Shown here: in pieces, positions 25,244-35,140 of the stretch | Position numbering within the stretch: the first letter of the stretch is position 1 | Layout of the letters: each line of letters starts with the position of its first letter | DNA from: Lama guanicoe | Taxonomy: Eukaryota | DNA: 64,000 nt | NCBI GenBank assembly: GCA_013239625.1 | Contig: MU054323.1 | Coordinates: forward strand, 13,003,950 to 13,067,949 | Direction: 5' to 3' | Notes under the pieces: model-generated | Database searches by the model: none | Told to the model about the DNA's origin: nothing | Seen by the model: the letters and a program-made list of their open reading frames with translations, nothing else | Position numbers and translations under genes: made by a program

Positions 25244-25396
25244 TTTTACTTCTTAAAACTTACTTTTTTCTTTTAAACTTTTTTTGGGGGGTAGTAATTA
25301 GTTTTATCTATTTATTTAAATAGAGGTACTGGAGATTGAACCCAGGACCTCACGCATGCTAAGCATGCACTTTACCACAGAGCTGTGCCCTCCCCC
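25244..25396 (-). mobile_element. tRNA-Ala-derived SINE (Vic-1-like)
   Basis: Reverse-strand copy of the same family, with a perfect 13-bp TSD atttatcttttta (25231-25243 / 25397-25409). Confidence 0.87.
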
Positions 25397-25899
25397 ATTT
25401 ATCTTTTTAAAAGCTTTCATTTATTTACATTTTGTCTCCCTAACCAGATAGGAGTTTTCTCCAGAACAAAAAGGTTGTGCCTGTGATGCTCTGTATATGC
25501 AGAGGGTCAGCCTCTCTGCTTGCCTCAGAGTAGCTCTTGGTGGATATTTATTAGTTTGTGCTGTGTCCTTCCTACAGAACCCCAAGCTGGGAGGCAGTTT
25601 CTTCACTCACCCTCCTTCCTCAATCTTCTCAGCTGGTTCCCTTTGGCCTGGCTCAGAGACTGACCTTGAGTGACCTCACGCATCTTGTCCACAGGGACCC
25701 GGATGTTCTTAGAGCCACAGACTCTTAGGGCTGGAAGGGACTTTTAATCCAACTCCTCCAGGCTATGGAGGAGGAAGCTGAGGTTCAGAGAGGCGAGGTG
25801 AGCTGCTTGTGGTCTTTCAGCTACTTAGCCGTAGTGTTAGAATTGAACTGAGGTCTCTGCCTCCGGCCAGATGCTGTGGCTCTCAAAGTATGTTCTCAC

Positions 25900-25970
25900 A
25901 TGAAGCTGTTGCTCAGGCAGATGGACAGAGGTTCTCTCCTGCCAAATCAAATACTGGATGTCTTTCTCCA
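25900..25970 (-). pseudogene. Candidate exon with a mutated acceptor
   Basis: The pyrimidine tract ends in tacAT instead of tacAG. Phase-1 entry gives (V)EKDIQYLIWQERTSVHLPEQQLH. Donor CAT|GTGAGA. Confidence 0.45.
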
Positions 25971-26074
25971 ATGTACAGAAAAAATAAATTAAGGGATTAA
26001 GTTTCCTCAACTTGAAGTTATTTTCCATTAATTCTTCTTAAACCATTATCACCTGCTACCAACTGTCTACTCAC

Positions 26075-26170
26075 CAGTGCTGGCAGACAACAAAATAAAA
26101 AGGATAAGCCACAAATATGAATACGAACAACCAAAGCCTTGGGAGCAGACCATCATTTTTAGTCAAGTGG
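26075..26170 (-). pseudogene. Candidate first coding exon: signal peptide
   Basis: Acceptor ctgttttttaaacag. aaaATGATGG begins at 26156 and encodes MMVCSQGFGCSYSYLWLILFILLSAST. It ends at a strong phase-1 donor CTG|GTGAGT. Confidence 0.65.
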
Positions 26171-26879
26171 CTGTTTAAAAAACAGACTGCTCTGACCATG
26201 GGTTTTCTATTACTTTCATGTAATAAAATTGTGCACTCTGCTGGAGGCATTGTATTTAATTCAAATGCTAAAAGTAAATATATTATTTTTTCATGGTTTT
26301 CCCCCCAAAGCACTGTTACCTCAGGGACTCTGTCCCCTGGGACATTCTGCTTTTCCGTTAATGTGACTTTGGGTCATCTCCATTGAGTGATCCTTTCCTT
26401 TAGGTCCAGGGAACTGATGTGACTTAAAAAAAAAACTACTAATACTGGCTTAGCGTTGTCATGGATCCTGAACCCTGTATTCCTATCCTAAAGGCCTTTT
26501 CACCAAGAGCAGGGTTGCCTCTAGGGGTGATTCCTGTTGAGGTTTTTCCCGTCTACGCGAGCGCCCCCTGCTGCCCGCCCTGGTACATGCCAAGCCAGGA
26601 GAAGGGTACCAGAAGCTGCACACCCACAAGCAGTCACGCGGAGTATACAACCCCAAAGAGAACTATCTAAAAACTTTCCCAATGGACAGTTCGGCGCATC
26701 CCGAGCAGTCCTTTCTGGAGCCCGGTCTGATATTTTAATCCAGTACCCGCAGCACGTATCCGAGCACACATGGATAAGAAAATGACTAGAAATGCCTTCC
26801 AAACAGTATCAAGTGAGTCCTGTGGGGGCTTCTAGAAGGAAAGGCCCGTTCAGTGAGTTTGCCAAGCTCTTTATACTTT

Positions 26880-28130
26880 CCTGGGACACGGGGCCGAGGA
26901 GCGGGGACCTCTGTCTTGTTGACCCTCAGTAGCCATCTGTGTGGATGTGGAGGGTGGCGGCGCGTTCTCGGGCTCATCTCACGCTTTCCCCAATTAGGAT
27001 TTACTGCCTGACGTCACGTCTGCCGGAGATTGGCTGTTCAGATCTGACACTCGGTTCTACGGCGAGAGAAACTTTTTAAAAGACTTTGCAGCCCGGGCTG
27101 CCGCCGAGCGTCCCGCGCGCTCACACCCGCCCTCGTCTACTCTCGTCAGGTCCCGGGCGCGGCGCCCCTTGGGCCAACGGCGAGAGAAGCGAGTCTCACC
27201 TTGCGCAGCCCGCGCCCCTCGCCCCTCCCCTCCCGGGACCCGCATTCCCCACCCATCCCGGGCTCCCGGCCGCTCTTGGAGGAGCCTGAGCGCGCGCAGG
27301 CGGCCGCACCGGGCGAGCCGCACGGCCGGGGGCGGGGACCAGGGCGCCGGCCGGGGCCCGCGATGGCGGGGGCCTGGCTCAGGTGGGGGCTCCTGCTCTG
27401 GGCAGGGCTGCTTGCGTCGTCGGCGCACGGCCGGGTGCGGAGGATAACCTACGTGGTGCGTCCGGGCCCCGGCCTGGCGGCGGGCGCCTTACCCCTGGGC
27501 GGGCCCTCGCGCCCGCGGACCTTCAACGTCGCGCTCAACGCCAGGTACAGCCGCAGCTCGGCGGGCGCCGGGACCCCCTCGGAGCGGACGCGGCGCCCCG
27601 GCCCGCCCGGCGGCGCGGCCCTGCAGGGGCTCCGGCCGGCACCTCCGCCGCCGGAGCCGGCGCGTCTCGGGGGCCCCGGCGGGCAGCTCCACCCCAAGCC
27701 CGGCGGTCAGCCGGCGGCCGCCCCGTTCGCCAAACAAGGCAGGCAAGCGGTGCGCTCGAAAGTGCCGCAGGAGACCCAGAGCGGCGGGGGCTCGAGGCTG
27801 CAGGTTCACCAGAAGCAGCAGCTGCAGGGGTAAGCCCACACCCTCCCTCCTTGCTCGCGCGCGCCGCCCGCGCGGGGACACGCGGGGTCGGGGCCCCTGG
27901 GAGCCCCGTGGTGGCCGCTGGCGTCGGGCGCCGTGGGTCTGCGGTCGGCTTCCCGCCCGCCTCTGCCGGCCTGGCTGCGAGCACTGCGGGAAGAGCGGAG
28001 TGCGGGGAAGCCGGGAAACTGAGGATAAACTCCGACCGCATTGTTACTGAGCTGCGGGTAAACACAAAAGGCATTTCTGCCTGGGGCGTAACCTCCTCTG
28101 CGCAAACCGAACTACTCCTAGAAGATGGGC
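26880..28130. promoter_or_regulatory. CpG island / LTBP1L promoter
   Basis: Very high GC and CpG density around exon 1 compared with the CpG-poor flanks. It contains a perfect CRE TGACGTCA (27009-27016) and CCAAT boxes. Confidence 0.9.
27363..27829 (+). CDS. LTBP1: LTBP1 (latent TGF-beta binding protein 1, long isoform) coding exon 1: signal peptide plus Pro/Gly/Arg-rich N-terminus
   Basis: ATG in a strong context (gcgATGg). The translation MAGAWLRWGLLLWAGLLASSAHGRVRRITYVV...RTFNVALNARYSRSS...SRLQVHQKQQLQG matches the LTBP1L N-terminus as I know it. The exon ends at a phase-2 donor GG|GTAAGC (467 nt CDS). Confidence 0.97.
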
Positions 28131-28863
28131 GTAAACATGAAGTCACTACAACTTAATCCCTCGGCATCAATTAAACTTCTCTTTGCAACTCAGTTTAATT
28201 TTTTTTTGAGCTAGTATAAAAAACGTTTGGAGGAGAGCTGACTGTAACGATTCAGCTCCCGTTCTGTGACCTCGAGTTTTCAGCATCCTAGTAATTGTGG
28301 GCTTGGCTTCCCTGCACCTGTGGGGTCGGCTTTCCAGGGCGGGATGTCTTTGCATTGACAGGAGTTTCAGTTGGATAGTTTGTTATTGGACTTTCATAAA
28401 CATCCCCCCTCCCCCCCGTTAATCACAGGTTGAGGGTGTGGGGGAAAAGCTTGTTTTGCTTATTTATTTTTTTCTTCTTTGGGGGTGGTTCCCGGCGTTG
28501 TGAGCTCACCCGTGTTTGGACACTTCTCTCAAAACTCAGATTCAATTTGAAATGTAGGAGCAAATAATACACAAATTACATTTGGCTGTACTTTACTTTT
28601 GGAGTTAAGAAAACCATTTATTTGGACCTTGTTCCCCCCTCCTGTGTAGGTCTAGGTTATTTATGCAGGTTTTGGTTCTCCCATCCTTCTGTGATCTGCC
28701 GTCTCTACCCTCCTACTTGGGCAGCTTTGGGTTGGGCATCCTAGGTACCTGTTAGGACTCTCTGGAAGCCAGGAGGCTGGAGTTACAGGAACCCCTTGGA
28801 GGCTTGGGTTCCCTGAAAGAGAGTGTTGCTGCTGCTGGACTCAGGGTTCTTGCTTTGTTTCAG

Positions 28864-28934
28864 GGTCAATGTCTGTGGAGGGCAGTGCTGCCACGGCTGG
28901 AGTAAGGCCCCTGGCTCCCAGAGGTGCACCAAAC
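28864..28934 (+). CDS. LTBP1: LTBP1 coding exon 2 (start of the N-terminal 4-Cys domain)
   Basis: Acceptor ttgctttgtttcag|G and donor AAAC|GTAAGT; 71 nt. It is in phase with exon 1 and gives (G)VNVCGGQCCHGWSKAPGSQRCTK(P). Confidence 0.97.
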
Positions 28935-31559
28935 GTAAGTTTCTGTGTTCACAGCAGCCCTGCATAGTAGGCGAGGTGGGGCTGTCCACATGGGGCAGTT
29001 GCCACAGGGGTCACTTGAAGAGGCTAATGCTGCCCTGAAGACAGCAAATGCTGTCTGCAGTGCAGTCCACCTGGTTATCTGCAGCCTTCATCGCCACCCA
29101 GGAAGGGCTGCGCTAGGGTAATGGTCTCAGTGCCGGCAGCAATATATTGTACAAAACTGTGCCGTGCATCCGAGATTCCCCTGCATCCAACCGTGGTATT
29201 AATTACGCTGTTAACACCTGTGAATCTGGGGCTAGGGAAAAAATTCCCACTGGAAGAACCAATCAATTAATTGAAACATGGGTATTGACAAGTGAAAAAC
29301 ATTCTTTATGTTGATAGCAGGAGGGGAAGGGGTGGTAGGAAGCCCTGTTCTGGAATAAAACATAAATAGTGTTAAAGCTTTCTGAGAATAGCAACCGACA
29401 GTCTTCCTTGAGGCCTGACTGTTTCCTGAGTGGAGGTCACCACTCTACTGCTCTCTGGAGCTGACAGGTGGATTTTCCTGCAGTGCTTCTCTAGGTAATA
29501 CATGTGCTTAGCAGTGCTTTGAAAAATGTATTAATGACACATACAGATTTGAGAGCATCAGAAAAGAGTTCCCCTGTGCATTGTGAAATTAAAGATTAAA
29601 TTGAAATGTACTTTGAAGGTCCTCTTGACAAGTTAATTCTATCTGGTGCTAATTGGAAAGAAAGAAATTTTACTTCTACTCAGAAAAAGTTAAGCAGTCT
29701 TAGGTGTTTTTTGCATAGAGCTGGAACCATAAACATGGGGATTGGAAATGTCCAAAATTTTCGCTGCTTATTAGTATTCAGTATAATGAGTCAAATTTAG
29801 CAATTTGTCTGAATATGGTTTGGATTTCAAAATACTGGTGGATGAGTTAAAAAAATTTTTTCCTCGTACAGTCGTTCTGGTGAACTTGCTTGTTGAAAAA
29901 TGCCTTCAGTCCTCGAAAGAGACAGGGCTTTGGCATAGTGGCTTTAATTTTGTAAAAAGCAATGTCCAGATGGGTTATACTTTGACTGTGATCAAGGAGT
30001 AATGGCAGACATGAACTCACTAATCAGCCTCCTCATTACGGAACTCAAACCACTAGATCAGAAATGCTCAGGGTTGTAAGCACTTTAGATTAAGCCATAA
30101 TTCTTCACTTCTTTGATTACACTTGACAATAGTGCACCGCGTTTTCCTGAATTTACAATTGCTCAGTTCAAATTACACACCCTCTCCTCCCTTTAGTAAC
30201 TCCTGCTCAAAACCTGATATGATATGTTTTGCCCGTTACATGAAGACAGCCCATCCATGACAGCGCCACTGCTGAGTAAAGGGGAATATTGCCATGTCAA
30301 GATTAAAAAATACAGAGCAGGTTTTTATAGACAGTGGGCGGGTGCTCCTTGCTGCCCGTTAGAGAATGTGTTAAGAATTTTTAAGATACTGTTATCTGAG
30401 TACTTCAGAGAGGAGCTACAGCAGAGGATATGAGGGAGGGGGTCTGACTCTGGAAAGCCCCACAGGGTCCTGCTCGGTTGCAGGCTTATTTGGCAAATGC
30501 AGTTGAGTGCTGTCTCTGAAAAGAGAGTAGTTCCCCATTCTTAGCTTGTCTGAGGATTTGGGAATCCAAAGATGCTCTCTTGATCCTGAGGAATTGCCTT
30601 ATGCCTTCCTCCTTCTCTGGGTGATAGAGGCAAAGGTGTGAGTGTGCCTAGGTCTAGCCAGCTGGAGACCCAGAAAGAGGGAGGCTGCAGAAGGCTACCG
30701 GTCAGAAAATTTAGGGGTGAAGTTACTACAGGGTTCCAGAGGAAGTTGCTATGTTGATTTAGTCTCATAATACCGATAACAAATGCTTCCAGCTTTTGGG
30801 TCAAGTTATCCTTCCAGCTTCTGGAAGGCAGCCCTTGGACAGCACCAGGATCTAAGCAATCAGTGCAGCATTACGCTCCCATCAGGTGATTTTTTTCAGC
30901 ACTCAAAAGGTTAGCCTTCCAGTTCTGTCCAAGCTGATAATTAGTTCAGATCCAAATGCTAGGCACTTAAATCACAAACCCTTTTAGGAGTGATTGTGTG
31001 TTTTTTTTTAAAGTGAGAGTCAGTCTAAAGTAATGTGTCTACTTGATGGATATGTTTCAGTGGGGGACTTGTTTTGTCTGGCAGAGTCAGAGAGATGAGG
31101 GAGCCTTATGCCTTCACACAGGACAGCCGGGGTGACCACTGATGCCTGAAACTCGTGTCCATGGCTGAGCGGTGTGACATCAGGGAAGACCCCTGGCCTT
31201 GGGGTCAGAGACCTGACTTTAAATCCTCAAGCCTTCACTAGCTGTGTGGCTCTAGGGAATTCATTTGACCTCTCTGACCCTATCTTTTCCCATCCTGAAA
31301 TGACTGTGCTAAAATCTTGACTGCTTTGCAGGATAGTTGCAGATACCAAGTGAAAGAGAATGGTAGGTGTGAAAGCCTTGGTGAAACCAGGAAGATTCTT
31401 AAAGTTTAGTACTGGATCAAGCCAAGTAAATCCTGTCTTGTTTTTCTGTTACTTGATTTTCTTTCTCTGTGTATGTTTCCCCAGCTATTGTCATCGTCTT
31501 CTTTCCAAATAATGCACACGTGGATGGATCCCTTTCCATATTATAGCTTTGAAGTAGTT

Positions 31560-31880
31560 TAGGGCTGGGGAAGGGGGAGATGAGATACTGGTTGAGGGTA
31601 CAAAGTTTCAGTCCCTCAAGATGGAGAAGTTCTGCAGATCTAATGTATAGCGGAGTGACTATAGTTAACAGTACTGCACTGTTTACTTAAAGTTTCCTCG
31701 GAGGGTAGATCTTAGTCTTCCTACCACAAAAAATAAGTTAACTGTGTAGTGATGGGTGTGTTTATTAGCTTGATTGTGATGCTTATTTCACAATGTGTGC
31801 ATGTATCAAAACATCATCATATACCTTAAATATATACAATTTTTATATGTCATTTATACCTCAATATAGATGAATAAAAC
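31560..31880 (+). mobile_element. L1 3' UTR fragment (L1MA/MB-like)
   Basis: 'gggtacaaagtttcagt', 'gtgactatagttaaca', 'tatatacaatttttatatgtcatttatacctcaata'. Confidence 0.85.
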
Positions 31881-34375
31881 AAGGAATAAGTGAAAAAGCC
31901 GATGACTTCCATCCTGCCTGGCTTTGATTAACAGGAAAAAAGAAAGAAAGAAAGTCGTTTGGATTGTTCTGTACCCCAGAATGATTTATTTTAAAAGAAC
32001 CTTAAAAGAGACTAAATATTAGGTTATTTGTGGGTCTCTAATTCTCTTTGTGTAAAGCTTGCTGTTTAGACAGAAAATACTCCCCTACGGTATTCATAAA
32101 TTGAATGGAAAAGATCCTGACACCAATTGTTGTGACTGTAGCTGCTTCGGTAAATACTAGTGAAACCGAGGTTGCAAAAGACATTGATTTGTGGTCTCTT
32201 ACCTCTCTCACTTCCTTATTATGCTGAGATTGAACGATTGCACTTGCGTATGGCTTACTGCACTGACAAACGCAGGAACCAACAGCACATTGACATGCAG
32301 CTCCCCGTTAAGATAGAAGTCATCATAAAACATGTACGTGCACGGAAGTCTATCACCCAGGATGCCTTCTAATTGTCTTTCTATTTTTGAGAATAATTGA
32401 ACGGATTTAGCTGAAGAATTTCAGCTTATATAGGCTGTTTTCCAGTTGATCCAAAAAATATTTCGCAAAAGAGATAGGATACGTTTATGTTGTTCAGTTT
32501 GCTTAATCCAGTGATGAAAACAAGGTGCCCCTTAGAGGCAGACTGGATTGTTGTTAGTTGATTGAAACGTCATTGAAATGAGCCACGGGCAAATGCTTCT
32601 GAAGACTGAAGATTTAGTGAACCTTAAACTGCCAATCAGAGAGATGTGACACAGGCAGCGGCAGCCCCCTGGGGATGGAGAATGGATGTGGGCAGCCGCA
32701 ATGGCGGCCCCGGGGGCCTTAGCCACCCAGCCTCTGTGTAGAGGTGACCAGTTGCATATTAATGCTGCTTTTCCAGACACTGTCAGTGTGTGGATCTCTG
32801 GGAGTTAAAATCACAGCCCGAGGTATGTCATTTTAGTTACTAACATGGAGTATCCACTGATAGTGATGTCCATTTTGGGCAAAGGAGATGACACCATATT
32901 TGTTCTCTTTCCAAAAGGTTAACATTTATTGAGAGGGTGGTAACATTTTTGTCTCTCTCCATTTTTGCATTTTTTCTCCTCTGTCCAAACTGGGCCCACC
33001 AACCTTTGTTCTTCCAATCTTTTTGTCCCCCTCTCAGGGTAAGTGCGGGCCAGAGAGAGACATTGCCAGTGGGCTCAGCTTTAAAGAGGAGACTGGACTT
33101 GAGAACAGACAACACAAAAGAATAAACGCGAGATGAGAGTGAGGCCGGGTTGGCAGGACGAGGTGGATGGAACAGGAAAGATGGCAGATCTGAATCCAAA
33201 GCGGATACCTGGCACATTGCAGGCCCTCCCTGAATGCATGGATGGTTCTTTCATTTATTTAATGGATATCTGTTTAGCTTTCACCATGTGCCAGGGTCTA
33301 TGAATAGAGGAGAAATGCAGCCAGCTGTAAGGAGTGCAGGGTCTGTTTTTACTCACTTAACTCATGGCACATCAAATGACTTGTTCTCTCCTTAGCAAGA
33401 AACAGAAAATCGATATTCCATTGCTTTTCCACTGGCATTCAGCCCACACTGCTTTGGGGAAAAAAAGAAAAAAAGCCAACCCTAGACATTTTCCTTAATT
33501 ATATACAGGGGAGACATAGTCACGTCTGCCCTTGGTGCTCAGAGAAGTTGCAGTAGAGGGCATCGTCCGCGAGTGTGAAATGTGGCTGGAGTTCCAGGTG
33601 ACAGAGGCCTTTCGGGCCATCTCCTGTCCCTCCCGGCTCAGCGTCTTGCTATCCGGGCTTGGGAGTCGGGCCCAGAATGATCACACGTTTTTTGTGTGCC
33701 TGCTATGGCCATTGACAGCTGCTTCACCAGTAGATCTGCAGTGAGTTTACCATGGCAGCTGCTGGGAGGGCCGCCGCAGCCCCAGCGCTGGGAGCAGAGG
33801 CGGGAGGGTCTGCTGGAAAACCTTGTCATGTGGCACAGACAGCCCGGCGAAGGGAGAAGGACCCAGAGGTCAAGTTCACAGTGGGTCAAATATGTGTTCT
33901 CAGCACTGGTTAAAACAAACATTTAGGAACCATAAATTCTGTGCGACGATCGTACTTAAACCTTCACTGTGAAGCCCTCCAGCCCCTGGGCCAGCCTGAG
34001 CACACCGCCTGCCCCTCCCTGGCCTGCTTTGGGGCAGTGTTCTCTGCCCGGTGATCCCTGGGCCCTTAGGAAGCCATCTTGTTGACAGGACCTTTGGCCG
34101 CCGCCGGAGTTTGCTGTTTCTGACCCTGTCATTTGTTGTCTTGGATATTCCAAACATACTCAAACATGTTTGTGGAGCTCAAGTTATATTTTCCTGAAAT
34201 GCAGATTTTGCTTCCAAGCCCTTCCAAGCAATGAGCAGGGAGACTTGGAGTGCTGGGGAGGTGTCACCACTCTTGTAACACTGACCAAGATCAGATCCAA
34301 GGCTGAGGAGTCGCTGATGGGATGAGGGTAATCGGTGCAGTGCTTTAGAGCATGCGGAGGGCATTCTCTTTCTTT

Positions 34376-34496
34376 AAAAAAAAAAATTAAAAAAAATACG
34401 ACTGCTTCATGAATTTGCGTGTCATCCCTGCACAGGGGTCTTGCTAATCTTCTGTGTAGCATTCCAGTATAGGTACGTGTGCTGCCGAAGCCAGAA
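34376..34496 (-). pseudogene. U6 snRNA retropseudogene
   Basis: The reverse complement matches near-full-length U6 (CTTCGGCAGCAC...GAAGATTAGCA..CCCCTG..CA.GGATGACACGCAAATTC.TGAAGC) with many substitutions. It is flanked by a degenerate 17-bp direct repeat (34354-34370 / 34497-34513). Confidence 0.92.
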
Positions 34497-34744
34497 GTGG
34501 GGAGCATTTTCTTGATCTTCATGCCCTGCAGGTGTTGACCAGGCACGCACTATGTATTACCTCCTTTTAAAATAGGAGGCAGGGCTCAGACCCTACCCCA
34601 GTGCTGTAGCTCTTGGTTTATTGTTCTTTCTACCGCCCTAGGCTTCCTGGACGTCCAGTGCCGTGAAGTTCTCTCTTGAGGCCTTGGTCTTAACTCTTCT
34701 GACAGCGCTGCTTTGGCTTAGCTTTTGCTGCCTCAATTCACTGT

Positions 34745-35140
34745 GTTTTCCCAACCCCCTAACAAAGACCCACCATCTGGGTGGCTTAAAACAACAGAAA
34801 TTTGTTGTCTCAGAGTTCTGGAGGCTGGAAGTCCAATATCAAGGTGTTGAACAGGGAAGATCTTTTCCAGGCCTCTCTTGCTGGCCAGCAGAAGGCCGTC
34901 TTCTCTTTGTGTTTCTTCATATCAGTTTTCCTCAGTGCGTGTCTATCTTTGTGTCCAAATTCCCCCTTTTTATAAGGATACCAGTCCTGTTGGATTAGGG
35001 CCCAGCCTAATGACCTCATTTTAACTTGATGGCCTCTGTAAAGGCCCTGTCTCCAAATAAGGTCACCTAGTAATGTACTGGTGATCAGGACTCCAATATA
35101 TTTTTTTCTGGGGGTGGGGCACCATTCAACTCATAACAAA
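34745..35140. mobile_element. MLT1 (MaLR) LTR
   Basis: 'ggtggcttaaaacaacagaaattt.ttgtctca.agttctggaggctggaagtcca', 'ggattagggccca.cctaatgacctcattttaactt'. Confidence 0.9.

Larger units (their letters stand above)
473..26170 (-). pseudogene. Putative decayed multi-exon gene for a secreted protein, divergent from LTBP1 (probably continues beyond the left edge)
   Basis: A series of AG/GT-bounded segments, mostly phase-compatible, with protein-like translations. They are interrupted by stops, many one C>T step from CGA/CAA/CAG, and by frameshifts. Interspersed repeats fall between the segments, not in them. Confidence 0.65.

Noticed and set aside
25440..25710. Two candidate - strand exons (~25611-25707 and ~25445-25571)
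   Set aside because: They are separated by under 40 nt, and the upper one has a weak acceptor abutting a MIR; I cannot tell which, if either, is real.
27383..28156. 257-aa + ORF and 203-aa / 130-aa - ORFs overlapping LTBP1 exon 1
   Set aside because: These are alternative frames of a GC-rich island with few stops; they are low-complexity Ala/Gly/Arg/Pro and run through the splice donor.
28841..28863. Alternative acceptor 19 nt upstream of LTBP1 exon 2
   Set aside because: Poor pyrimidine tract, and use would shift the frame.
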